Shown: positions 15,430-24,417 of the stretch, in pieces | Layout: each line of letters begins with the position of its first letter | Position numbering within the stretch: the first letter of the stretch is position 1 | Assembly: GCA_963758295.1 (NCBI GenBank) | Contig: CAVWUU010000002.1 | Location: 64,001-128,000 of the forward strand | Length of the DNA stretch: 64,000 nt | Direction: 5' to 3' | Origin: Candidatus Eremiobacteria bacterium | GTDB taxonomy: Bacteria > Vulcanimicrobiota > Vulcanimicrobiia > Vulcanimicrobiales > Vulcanimicrobiaceae | Notes under the pieces: generated by a model | The model's input: only the letters and a program-made list of their open reading frames with translations | Databases searched by the model: none | What the model was told of the DNA's origin: nothing | Translations under genes and position numbers: made by a program

Positions 15430-15610
15430 GCCGTCGCGTATGCGGTTTCCCGCATACCGGGTGTGGGCGACGCTTTTCAACCACTCAAGCGACGTTTGCC
15501 CACGGATATACGTCGCGAGTATCGGCCAGGGTTCTAGCCTACCAGATTCCGTCCTGCCGGAAAAGTAACCGGCTGTAGTCTTTACAGACTAGGGCGCGAC
15601 GCCGGCGGCT

Positions 15611-16384
15611 CTAGTCCCACTTGGGCTGCCGCTTTTCGATGAAGGCTGCGATGCCTTCTTGCGCGTCGCCGTCTTGCGCATTCCCTGTCATTACTTCTTT
15701 CGTAAAGGCGTAGGCGTCGCTCTGAGAGAGATCCAGCTGCTTGTAAAAAGCAGCCTTGCCGAGCCCGACCACCCTTCGGCTGGCTTCGGCGATTTGGTTC
15801 GCGAACTCCAAGGACGACCGGCGAAGATCTTCCGGCTCGACGACCCGATTTACCAGTCCCCACTCAAGCGCCGTTTTTGCATCGATGGCATTGCCGGTAA
15901 GTAACATCTCCATGGCGCGTTTGCGGCCGATGTCCCGGCTCAACGCCACCATCGGGGTGCTGCAAAAGAGCCCGATGCGAACTCCGGGCGTCGCAAACTT
16001 AGCCGCGCTGGAAGCGACGGCGAGATCGCAAGCAGCCACAAGCTGACAGCCGGCCGCCGTCGCAATGGCGCCGACTTCGGCGATGACCGGTTGCGGAATC
16101 GATTCGATCGTCGACATCAGCGTTACGCATCGATCGAAAATCTCGCGGTATACGTCTTCGCTTCTATCGCGCAACTCCCGCAAATCGTGTCCGGCAGAAA
16201 ACGCCGGACCTTCCGCTGCGACAATGACCGCGTGTACCGAGCTGTCCTTACCGATAGCGACAAACGCTTCGTCGAGTTCGCGCATCATGTCAAGCGACAG
16301 TGCGTTGCGCCGGTCGGGACGCCGCATCGTTACGATGGCAACGACGCCTTCACGTTCTACACTTACGTACTCAGTTGTTTGCAT
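15611..16384 (-). CDS. Enoyl-CoA hydratase/isomerase family protein
   Basis: AFSAGHDL, ATAAGCQLVAACDL, GLFCSTPMVAL; real start MQTTEY at 16384 (the ORF-track extension runs through the repeat array). Confidence 0.9.
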   Translation of the reverse strand: MQTTEYVSVEREGVVAIVTMRRPDRRNALSLDMMRELDEAFVAIGKDSSVHAVIVAAEGPAFSAGHDLRELRDRSEDVYREIFDRCVTLMSTIESIPQPVIAEVGAIATAAGCQLVAACDLAVASSAAKFATPGVRIGLFCSTPMVALSRDIGRKRAMEMLLTGNAIDAKTALEWGLVNRVVEPEDLRRSSLEFANQIAEASRRVVGLGKAAFYKQLDLSQSDAYAFTKEVMTGNAQDGDAQEGIAAFIEKRQPKWD

Positions 16385-16395
16385 TTCGCGCTCCG

Positions 16396-16433
16396 AAAAA
16401 TGCAACGGGTTCCGACTTACGCCGCAACCCGTC
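16396..16433 (-). terminator. Probable terminator after the tRNA-Val repeat array
   Basis: Minus strand GACGGGTT...AACCCGTT stem followed by GCATTTTT. Confidence 0.55.
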
Positions 16434-16711
16434 TTATACTTGGGCGATGACGGGCTCGAACCGCCGACATCATTCCCCAATGTGCTGCGCACACCGGGGA
16501 CCCCTATCGTTGAAAACAATTCGCGGCGCCCCGGCGTCCGCGAATTGCCGTCTTTATACTTGGGCGATGACGGGCTCGAACCGCCGACATCATTCCCCAA
16601 TGTGCTGCGCACACCGGGGACCCCTATCGTTGAACGCAATTCGCGGCGCCCCGGCGTCCGCGAATTGCCGTCTTTATACTTGGGCGATGACGGGCTCGAA
16701 CCGCCGACATC
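16429..16711 (-). repeat. tRNA-linked tandem repeat, 120-bp period, three copies of the tRNA-Val 3' end
   Basis: 16441-16560 and 16561-16680 differ at only 2 nt; tgggcgatgacgggctcgaaccgccgacatc starts at 16441, 16561 and 16681. Confidence 0.97.
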
Positions 16712-16753
16712 CTCCTTGTAAGGGAGGCGCTCTCCCAGCTGAGCTAATCGCCC
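16681..16753 (-). tRNA. tRNA-Val(TAC), CCA not encoded
   Basis: GGGCGATTAGCTCAGCTGGGAGAGCGCCTCCCTTACAAGGAGGATGTCGGCGGTTCGAGCCCGTCATCGCCCA folds as a cloverleaf; TACACT -10 upstream. Confidence 0.97.
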
Positions 16754-16884
16754 GTGCGTAGTAGTGTATGCCTTATTCTAGACCGATTTCCCTCGGCGTC
16801 GTCTCTACAGGCCTCTTAAGCCTTCGCGACTCGCTCCGCCTCCAGGCGAACTCCTGCTGCCGGCGACAGCTTCAACCGTTGCGA

Positions 16885-17208
16885 TCAGCCGCCGGAATCG
16901 ATCTTCAAGCCGGCCTTCTTCACCTCACCCGCACAGGCGTAGAAACCGCCGACGCGCGTTTGTTGTCCGTCTCTAGCAGAATAAGGGCCCGCACGGCTAG
17001 TGTAAAAAATGCCGCGATTCGCGCTGCTACCCCAAACAACCGTATCGCCGGCGCAATGCTTCTTCGCATCGGCTTCAGAGCGAAATTGTTGAAGGCTAAC
17101 GCCTGGCATTCCGCTGGTGGCAGAGCCATTGCCCATGGAGCCGGCCCAGCTCTGAGACTGGAGCAGCAGCAAGAACGCAATGATCCCAACCGGAAGTGTC
17201 TTATGCAT
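16885..17208 (-). CDS. Small secreted protein with a Cys pair (HC..DTVVW...YAC)
   Basis: AGGAGG RBS, signal peptide, ORF. Confidence 0.7.
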   Translation of the reverse strand: MHKTLPVGIIAFLLLLQSQSWAGSMGNGSATSGMPGVSLQQFRSEADAKKHCAGDTVVWGSSANRGIFYTSRAGPYSARDGQQTRVGGFYACAGEVKKAGLKIDSGG

Positions 17209-17471
17209 TGGTCTTCCTCCTTTTACAGCGCTCATCTCGTCCGAAAAAGCAACAGGTTGGAGGCCATTTGCGACGTCCGACAGTTAGAGCCGCGTCGTCC
17301 CTCGGCTCAGGCAGCACAACGAACCCGCCGTTAATGAACAGTCCTCAATTTATGATACCAGCCCCGGCGCTTAGAATCCATGTCAGAGCCTCTCGAAATA
17401 CGGATGGAACAAGACGCCGATTTCTGACCCCTGCCGAGCCCTGCATTTCGATCTATTCTCGATTAACATAC

Positions 17472-17506
17472 TTCTACGCAAGATCTAAACACGTCAGCTA
17501 TACAAT
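17472..17506 (+). promoter_or_regulatory. Putative response-regulator box plus -10 (TACAAT)
   Basis: TTCtaCGcAAGATCtaAACAC-N8-TACAAT; same layout at 19784. Confidence 0.55.
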
Positions 17507-17537
17507 GTTCTCGAAGATGCCCACAACAAGATAACCA

Positions 17538-18233
17538 TTGCCGAAAAGACGTTTCCGTCCCAGCCGCGTGCTGGTGGTTGAAGATGATGCAAAAACGTCG
17601 GAGACCGTAGCGCTTTATCTGCGTCACGCGGGATACGAGGTCGCACAAGCATTCGACGGCATGACGGCGCTGGAAGTGGCGGCGTCGTTTGAGCCCGACC
17701 TTGTCATCCTCGATTTAATGCTGCCCATCAAAAGCGGCCTGGAAGTATGTGCAGCCTTGCGTGCGCAAACCGACGTTCCGATCATCATGCTAAGCGCGCG
17801 TACCACGGAAGTGGACCGTCTGCGCGGGCTGGATGCCGGTGCCGACGACTATGTCTGTAAGCCGTTCAGTCCCCGGGAAGTTGCCGCCCGCGTACGGGCG
17901 ATTCTGCGCCGCGGACCCGTGGGCGATGAACGCGTCGTCTGCGGCGCCCTTACGCTCGACAGCGCCTCGCACGAAGCAACCGTCGGCGGAACACCGTTGG
18001 TGCTCACACTCAGCGAATTTCGCCTGCTGTTCTCGCTTTGTCGCGCGTCCGGGAAGGTGCGCACGCGTGACGATCTCATCAGCGAAGTGTATGGCGTCGA
18101 GTATACCGGCACGGAGCGCGCGATCGACGTCCACGTCCGCAACCTCCGGAAGAAGATCGCAGAAGCCGGAGGACCGCCGGACTGCATACGTACCATTTTC
18201 GGCGTGGGGTACAAAATGTCGGCCCATGCGTAG
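17538..18233 (+). CDS. OmpR/PhoB family response regulator (BaeR-like)
   Basis: VVEDD, LDLMLP, GADDYVCKPF, RAIDVHVRNLRKK, TIFGVGY. Confidence 0.93.
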   Translation: MPKRRFRPSRVLVVEDDAKTSETVALYLRHAGYEVAQAFDGMTALEVAASFEPDLVILDLMLPIKSGLEVCAALRAQTDVPIIMLSARTTEVDRLRGLDAGADDYVCKPFSPREVAARVRAILRRGPVGDERVVCGALTLDSASHEATVGGTPLVLTLSEFRLLFSLCRASGKVRTRDDLISEVYGVEYTGTERAIDVHVRNLRKKIAEAGGPPDCIRTIFGVGYKMSAHA

Positions 18234-19614
18234 TCTGCAGGCTCGACTATTGCTGGCCATCCTGCTCGTGACGTCGTGCGCGCTCATCGCAGTCGGCGTG
18301 TTTTCGATGCGAACGACGGCGATGCAGTTCCAGCTTTTGGAACAATCGCGCCTGGCCTCGCGCCCGATATCGCCTGCAGCGGCGAAAGCGCTGGGGTTGT
18401 GGTATTCCAAACATGGCTCTTGGCGCGGCGTCGATGTCGAGCTGCGCACGCTTTCGCCATCGGCGATGTTGTTCTCGCCCCAAGGTGTCTTTCTGGCGGC
18501 TGCGCTCCCGGGAGTCGAAGCCGTAACACTCGACGCTCGCGACCATTCGATCGCGCGTTTAACGTTTTCGCGCGGCGGCAAAGTGGCGCAAGTTTTGTTG
18601 AGCGATTGGCACGGCATTCCCGTCACGGATCGCCGCCGGCGCGTCGTCGCGCAAATCTTCGAGGTTCCGATTCCGGCCGTCCGCGCGGAGGAGCCGTTAC
18701 AGGTTTTAGCGCGGCAGTTGTGGCTTGCAATACTTTGCGCGATCATCGCGGCGCTACTGGTCGCCGCGATACTGGCGCGGAACATCCTCGCACCCGTGTA
18801 CCGGCTACGCGATGCGGCAACTGCCTTGCACGGCGGCGATCTCTCGCGGCGTGTGCACGCCGGCGGCCCCGCAGAGATAGAAGAACTAGCGCACCATTTT
18901 AACGCCATGGCCGAGCATCTCGAACGTTCGGAAGAGCTGCGTAAGCGGATGATTTCCGACCTCGCCCACGAGTTGCGTACGCCCCTTACGAATATCCGCG
19001 CTATGCTTGAGGCGATGGAAGACGGTCACATGGCGCCAACCAAAACGACGCTGCATTCACTTTCAGAAGAAGCGATGCTGCTCGCGCGCTTGGTCAACGA
19101 TCTGCAAGATATGTCGCTCGCTGATGCCGGCCAATTTTCGTTCCAGATTTCAAACGTTTCGATGCTCGATTGCGCAGAGTCGGCAGTGGCCTCGCTCGAG
19201 GCCGCCGCATTAGAAAAGAAGATCGAAATTACCGTGCAGTCGAACGGCGTAAACGGCATGGTTTTAGCGGATGAAACGCGGCTACGCCAGGTCATCGTAA
19301 ACATGCTCTCAAATGCGATTCGCCTCTCGCCCAAGCGCTCAAAGATAACGATCGCCGTTTCGCACGCCGGTTCTTTTGTCAAGGTCGCGGTGCACGACGA
19401 AGGTCCGGGCCTCTCACAGGAGGCGCTAACGAGCGCATTCGAGCGGTTTTATCGCGCCGACGAGTCGCGCGCGCGCGCGAGCGGGGGCGCCGGCTTGGGC
19501 CTCGCTATTGCGAAACAACTGGTTGAAGCGCTAGGCGGCACGATCGGCGCTGAGAATAACGCAGGCAAAGGCGCAACGTTTTGGTTTACGCTGCCGGCGG
19601 CACACGCGGTATGA
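18226..19614 (+). CDS. HAMP sensor histidine kinase (BaeS-like)
   Basis: Two TM segments, HAMP, AHELRTPL, NMLSNAIR, DEGPG, GGAGLGL; start MRSLQARL overlaps regulator stop. Confidence 0.92.
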   Translation: MRSLQARLLLAILLVTSCALIAVGVFSMRTTAMQFQLLEQSRLASRPISPAAAKALGLWYSKHGSWRGVDVELRTLSPSAMLFSPQGVFLAAALPGVEAVTLDARDHSIARLTFSRGGKVAQVLLSDWHGIPVTDRRRRVVAQIFEVPIPAVRAEEPLQVLARQLWLAILCAIIAALLVAAILARNILAPVYRLRDAATALHGGDLSRRVHAGGPAEIEELAHHFNAMAEHLERSEELRKRMISDLAHELRTPLTNIRAMLEAMEDGHMAPTKTTLHSLSEEAMLLARLVNDLQDMSLADAGQFSFQISNVSMLDCAESAVASLEAAALEKKIEITVQSNGVNGMVLADETRLRQVIVNMLSNAIRLSPKRSKITIAVSHAGSFVKVAVHDEGPGLSQEALTSAFERFYRADESRARASGGAGLGLAIAKQLVEALGGTIGAENNAGKGATFWFTLPAAHAV

Positions 19615-19783
19615 CGCCTCAGCGCGCAGTACGGCTCCTTGTTGGAGCCCCCTTCAACTTTGTTATCGTGAGCGCTGTATAGCGCGGCTGTACCTCGATT
19701 CGGCCAAAAGAAGCGCTGAGTTCCGCAGCACGGTTCTACTCTAGCGCAGGCTTGTTGTTAAGATCGATCGAGCATCCCGTCGA

Positions 19784-19818
19784 TTCCTCGAAAGATCCTA
19801 ACACCGGCGTTTTATACT
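19784..19818 (+). promoter_or_regulatory. Putative response-regulator box plus -10 (TATACT), probably a leaderless promoter
   Basis: TTCctCGaAAGATCctAACAC-N8-TATACT, 7 nt before GTG 19826. Confidence 0.55.
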
Positions 19819-19825
19819 TCGAGTC

Positions 19826-21208
19826 GTGATAATGCAAACGTTGTTCCTCACTCTCATGTCAATGCAACTCCTCGCCGCATCGAGTGCACACGTCGTTACC
19901 GATCTGCAACAGACGCTTTCGACCCTCGCCGCTCAAGATAAATTTTCAGGAGCGACGCTGTTGGCAAAACGCAGCCATGTGCTCTTCCAGCGAGCTTACG
20001 GTTACGCGGACCATTCGTTCGGCGTCAAAAACACCGTCAACACGAAATTTAATATTGGTTCCATGGGCAAAATGTTCACGGGCGTCGCGATTCTTCAACT
20101 CGCGCAGGCCGGCAAGCTCTCCCTCGACGACCGCCTCATCAAGGACCTTCCGTCGTACCCGAACCACGCAGTGTCACGATCGATCACTATTCGTCAGCTG
20201 CTCACGCACACGTCAGGCCTCAGCGACTTTTTCGGCCCGCAGTTTATCGCAAACAACATGAGCCGGTTCGATTCGCTCGAATCTCTGCTGCCGTTCTTCG
20301 TAAACAAGCCGCTACTTTTCAAACCCGGATCGTCGTGGCGATACAGCAACGCCGGATTCATCGTCCTTGGTATGGTTGTCGCGCACGTTTCGGGACAGTC
20401 CTATTACGATTACGTTCAGCGTCACATATTCGACGTCGCGGGCATGCGCGATACGGGCAATTGGGCCGCCGACGAAGACATTCCAAACCGTGCGATCGGT
20501 TATACCAACATGACCGGCGCTCCAGGCGCGCCGCGCAAATCAAATGTGTTTTTTCTTCAACGCGGTGGCTCGGCCGGCGGCGGCTATTCAACCGTGGGCG
20601 ACCTTTGGCGTTTTGCTCGAGCGCTTCAAAACAACAAACTTCTGAGCCGCGCGTATACGAAACTGGAACTGGAAGGGCATGCTGACACGGGGCGGCCCGG
20701 CGTTCGATACGGCTTCGGCATGGAAGAGCGAGTCGTGAACGGCGTGCGCATCGTCGGCCATTCCGGCGGCGGCCCCGGTATTCAAGGCGTTCTCGAGATG
20801 TATCCGGATTCGGGATATGTCGTATCGATTCTCACGAACTATGATAACGCAATGTCGGAAGTCGATCCGCACATTCGTGCCGCGCTCACCGGCGAACGAA
20901 AACCCAAAGCCCTCGCCTTGTCGCCCGATCAGATCCGAGCCGTGCTCGGCACGTACGTGCCGGTACTGCCGCCGGGCACCGGCATGACGCCGCCTCCGAT
21001 CGTTATCACGGCCGAAAAAGACGGTCTCAAGGTCGATCCCGGAATGGGTCCTGCGTTTCACTTCGTGCCGGTATCTTCAACCGATTTCGTCGGCATCGAC
21101 GATGCGACGCTGCACATTACGTTTCTGAAAGACGCGAGGGGCGTCGTGACGGGCCTAAAAACTACGGGCTTTGGACCGGTGCCACCAATTTCCGCGAGGA
21201 AGCAATGA
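19826..21208 (+). CDS. Secreted serine hydrolase, beta-lactamase class C/PBP-like family
   Basis: Signal peptide, SMGK (SxxK), LLTHTSG, YSN, HSGG. Confidence 0.88.
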   Translation: MIMQTLFLTLMSMQLLAASSAHVVTDLQQTLSTLAAQDKFSGATLLAKRSHVLFQRAYGYADHSFGVKNTVNTKFNIGSMGKMFTGVAILQLAQAGKLSLDDRLIKDLPSYPNHAVSRSITIRQLLTHTSGLSDFFGPQFIANNMSRFDSLESLLPFFVNKPLLFKPGSSWRYSNAGFIVLGMVVAHVSGQSYYDYVQRHIFDVAGMRDTGNWAADEDIPNRAIGYTNMTGAPGAPRKSNVFFLQRGGSAGGGYSTVGDLWRFARALQNNKLLSRAYTKLELEGHADTGRPGVRYGFGMEERVVNGVRIVGHSGGGPGIQGVLEMYPDSGYVVSILTNYDNAMSEVDPHIRAALTGERKPKALALSPDQIRAVLGTYVPVLPPGTGMTPPPIVITAEKDGLKVDPGMGPAFHFVPVSSTDFVGIDDATLHITFLKDARGVVTGLKTTGFGPVPPISARKQ

Positions 21209-21553
21209 ATCCGGCGCTCCTATCGGCTATTGAGAACGGCACGCGGCCGGCGGAAACATTGGCGGACTACATACTCGCTATCTCTTCAGCGCCGAACAAA
21301 TCCGAATCGGCGATACGTCGCTCGAGTACGCACGTGCTATCGCTCGGGAACGAGTCCAAGGCGCTTCAATTCCTTTTTATAGTCTCAGGCGCAGTACGCT
21401 AAGGCATCTACGGCAACGCGATACAAACAGGGTGCTGGTCCGTTCTCCCTATTCGCCAACCAACGTAGCGCCGGTCGCGCCATGCATACAAGCAGCTTCT
21501 TGCTTTATGGACAATTGAGGCCATATCGACGAAGCGTCGAACGTGCTGGAGAT

Positions 21554-22273
21554 ATGGAAACACGCCTCGATGAGATCGCGCCGCAGATTTACCGCATTTC
21601 CACGTATGTTCCACAGGCCGGTATGGTGTTCAACCAGTTCTTGATCGACGCGGAAGAACCGCTGATTTTTCACACCGGCATGCGGGCGTTATTTCCGGTG
21701 GTCGCCGAACAAGTCGCACAAGTCCTGACGCCAGCGAGATTGCGATGGATTATGTTCGGCCACTATGAAGCGGACGAATGCGGCGCGATGAACGAGTGGC
21801 TTTCACTAGCACCGGGCTCAACTGTAGCGCACGGCGCGATTGGCGTCATGGTCTCGGTCAACGATCAGGCGATTCGCCCGGCGCGTCCCATGAAGAGTTC
21901 GGAAACGATTGATTTGGGCGGCAAATGCATTCGCTACATCGCGACGCCCCACGTTCCCCACGGTTGGGACGCCGGGGTGATCTACGAAGAAACGACGCGC
22001 ACTCTATTTGCCGGTGACCTCTTTACGTGCACGGGCCCAACGGCAGCCGTGACCGAAAGCGGCCTCATTGAACCGGCGATGCAGGCAGAGGATCGCTTTG
22101 GTGCGACCGCTCTTACCGCTCTAACCGCGCCCACCATCCGCTCACTGGCCGACCTCGAAATTTCGTGCATGGCGCTCATGCATGCACCGGCGTTCACGGG
22201 CGACGCGAAGCACGAACTTCACGATTTGGCGAATGCCTACGAAAGCCGCTGCAATCCAAGTTTGATTGTGTAG
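21554..22273 (+). CDS. Metallo-beta-lactamase fold protein (FprA/ODP-like)
   Basis: FHTG, GHYEADECG, TPHVPHGWD, LFAGDLF. Confidence 0.8.
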   Translation: METRLDEIAPQIYRISTYVPQAGMVFNQFLIDAEEPLIFHTGMRALFPVVAEQVAQVLTPARLRWIMFGHYEADECGAMNEWLSLAPGSTVAHGAIGVMVSVNDQAIRPARPMKSSETIDLGGKCIRYIATPHVPHGWDAGVIYEETTRTLFAGDLFTCTGPTAAVTESGLIEPAMQAEDRFGATALTALTAPTIRSLADLEISCMALMHAPAFTGDAKHELHDLANAYESRCNPSLIV

Positions 22274-22517
22274 ACTCGCCGGCAAACGTCAATCGAACGG
22301 CGCACTCAGTGCGCGTTCCCTGACCGGTTTCTGCGGGTTCAAACCGACGGCCCGTTCGCGATTTTTTCAAACATGTCGCGTGGGCGCAATCACCGGGATA
22401 GGACGCCGAGAATGGGTACAGCGGCATTTTTTTGATCACGGCCGGGCACGGCCGGGCAGAGAGAAGCGCCGACTCATGAGGAAACGGCGCTATCTCGAAG
22501 CGGTCAATGTCGCGAAT

Positions 22518-22560
22518 CCCATTTGTAAGGGTGGCGCTCTCGCAGCTGAGCGAATGGCCC
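22518..22560 (-). pseudogene. Degenerate 5' half of tRNA-Val (att-like scar)
   Basis: 22523-22560 matches 16716-16753 at 34/38 nt; close match ends at the anticodon loop; no T-arm. Confidence 0.8.
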
Positions 22561-22687
22561 GAGTTTGAAGACCCCTGGCATTCTAACGAAGCAGGCCCTC
22601 GTACGTTCCCCGTACTCTACTATACTCGGACGAATTCGCCATTCGGCCTCGTTTACTACCTGGGGAACCGGGTACGGAACAACGCGT

Positions 22688-23083
22688 GTGAGTCCGAATT
22701 ATCGTGCCGCTTTCAGCGGCGATCGTAAGAACGTTCCGTTAGCGCGAAATGCAATCGCCAGTTTCGCGCGAATTTGCGGCTTCTCGCAAGAAGAAGTCGC
22801 CGATATCAGGCTGGCGGCCGGCGAGGCGCTCAGCAATGCTGTCGAACACGGAATAAGCGAGCGGTCGAACGGCTTTTCCGTCCGTTGCATCTTTGAAGAC
22901 GACGAACTAACGATTGAGATTCGGGACAACGGACAAGGCTTCACACTCGAAAAGCGCGATCAGACGCCGATCGAAGAGCGAAATCGCGGGTTCGGCATCT
23001 TCTTGATGCGCCGCCTTATGGACGGCGTTCAGTTCGATCGCAACGGAACGATGGTGCGGCTGACGCGCCGTCACGTAAGCTAA
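22688..23083 (+). CDS. RsbW-like anti-sigma factor / HATPase_c_2 protein
   Basis: EALSNAVEHG, IRDNGQGF, RGFGIFLMRRLMD. Confidence 0.85.
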   Translation: MSPNYRAAFSGDRKNVPLARNAIASFARICGFSQEEVADIRLAAGEALSNAVEHGISERSNGFSVRCIFEDDELTIEIRDNGQGFTLEKRDQTPIEERNRGFGIFLMRRLMDGVQFDRNGTMVRLTRRHVS

Positions 23084-24417
23084 GGCTTAGCTTCGGCGAT
23101 CTTCTTCTGCAGCACCGATATCGCGGCGCGCAGTTGGGCGTCTTTCGAGATGTCGCCGAAGCGCGCGTTCTCATTTTCGTCGATGCGCACGTCGGGATCG
23201 ATGCCCTTGAGGTTGATGTCGCGTTTGAGCGGCGTGAGGTAGTGCGCCGTCGTAATTTTGATCGCCGCACCGTCGGGTAGCGGCGTAAGCGTTTGCATAA
23301 CGCCTTTGCCGTACGTGCGCGTGCCGACGATGGCGCCGACGCCGTCGTCTTGCAGCGCGCCCGCGGTAATCTCCGATGCCGAAGCCGTGTTTTGGTTCAC
23401 GAGGATTGAAACCGGCACGCCCGACATGACGCTATCTTCAGCGCGGTAGGTCGTATCTGGAACGCCCCGTTGCTGCACGGTCAAAATTGGCTTGTGCGAA
23501 ACGAAGCGCGAGACGATGTCCAACGCCGAGTCGACGTAACCGCCGCCGTCGTTGCGTAAATCCAAGACGATTGCGCGCGCTCCCGCTTCTTTTACTCGGC
23601 TCAACGCCAGATCGAACTCGCTCGGCGTCGCACGGCCGAAAGCCAGGACGTCGATGTAGCCGATATCATCAGGCAACATATGGAAGACAACCGTGGGCGG
23701 CTGCACTTCCGAACGCGTCACGGCAAGATCGCGCGGTTCGTCACCCGTTTGCTGCACGGTCATGCGGACCGTGGTGCCGGCTTTACCACGCAAAAGGCGG
23801 CTGGCGTTTTCGGTGGTCAACCCTTTGGTCGCGGTCCCGTCGATCGCGGCGATGACGTCACCTTGACGTAATCCGGCACGGTCGGCGGGCGTCCCGGGAA
23901 TCACGTAGGCGAGACGAATCATCCCCGACGCATTGTCCGGCTCAACGAGCACCCCGATGCCCGAAATGCGCTCGGGGTCGAGCGCTTCATTGAATCTTTT
24001 AAATTCATCCGGCGTGAAAAACGCGGTGTATTTATCGCCGACGGCTTTCGCCATGCCGTCGATCGCCGCGTAGGCAAACTCCGTTGGCGACACGTGCGCT
24101 TGATCCGCGAGCTGCGCGATGGCATCGTCGAGCGAGTCCGTCGTCGTGTCGTCGTTCGCGGCAGCATGTAAATCCGGAAGGGCGATCTTCACGTTATGCC
24201 GCTTCGCCGCATCGAGCAGGGCACGGCGGGCGCCATCCACGATCGCCTGCTCGGATACCGGCGAAAAGTACGTCGTGCGCAACAACCGGTAGCTCTCGTT
24301 CACGTCGACGGTGAGTTGAGCCGGCAAGGGCTGGGCGGCCAACGCGGGCGTTGCCGAAACAGCGAAGAGCGCAACGCTAAATCCGGCGCGCAGAATACTA
24401 AGAGCGGGTCGAGTCAT
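23080..24417 (-). CDS. S41 family C-terminal processing peptidase with PDZ domain
   Basis: Signal peptide, GIG, PDZ, DLRNDGGG, TASASEI, TYGKG. Confidence 0.9.
   Translation of the reverse strand: MTRPALSILRAGFSVALFAVSATPALAAQPLPAQLTVDVNESYRLLRTTYFSPVSEQAIVDGARRALLDAAKRHNVKIALPDLHAAANDDTTTDSLDDAIAQLADQAHVSPTEFAYAAIDGMAKAVGDKYTAFFTPDEFKRFNEALDPERISGIGVLVEPDNASGMIRLAYVIPGTPADRAGLRQGDVIAAIDGTATKGLTTENASRLLRGKAGTTVRMTVQQTGDEPRDLAVTRSEVQPPTVVFHMLPDDIGYIDVLAFGRATPSEFDLALSRVKEAGARAIVLDLRNDGGGYVDSALDIVSRFVSHKPILTVQQRGVPDTTYRAEDSVMSGVPVSILVNQNTASASEITAGALQDDGVGAIVGTRTYGKGVMQTLTPLPDGAAIKITTAHYLTPLKRDINLKGIDPDVRIDENENARFGDISKDAQLRAAISVLQKKIAEAKP

Noticed and set aside
15460..15505. c-di-GMP-I riboswitch (GGGCAAAC on minus strand)
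   Set aside because: Lacks the GNRA-capped P2 and the GACGCAAAGC/receptor elements; kept only as an unclassified leader.
16429..16711. CRISPR array (three ~43-bp repeats with spacers)
   Set aside because: Spacers are near-identical and 76 bp long, the repeat is a tRNA end, and there are no cas genes in the window.
16065..16761. ORFs with repeated peptides (16065-16721, 16300-16761, N-terminal extension of 15611-16639)
   Set aside because: They are translations of the tRNA repeat array; the hydratase homology begins at 16384.
21205..21402. 65-aa ORF with LSAIENG (HTH-like fragment)
   Set aside because: Too short and no complete domain; possibly a remnant but not supportable.
22330..22355. 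GGGTTCAAAC T-loop-like motif
   Set aside because: No T-stem pairing or cloverleaf.
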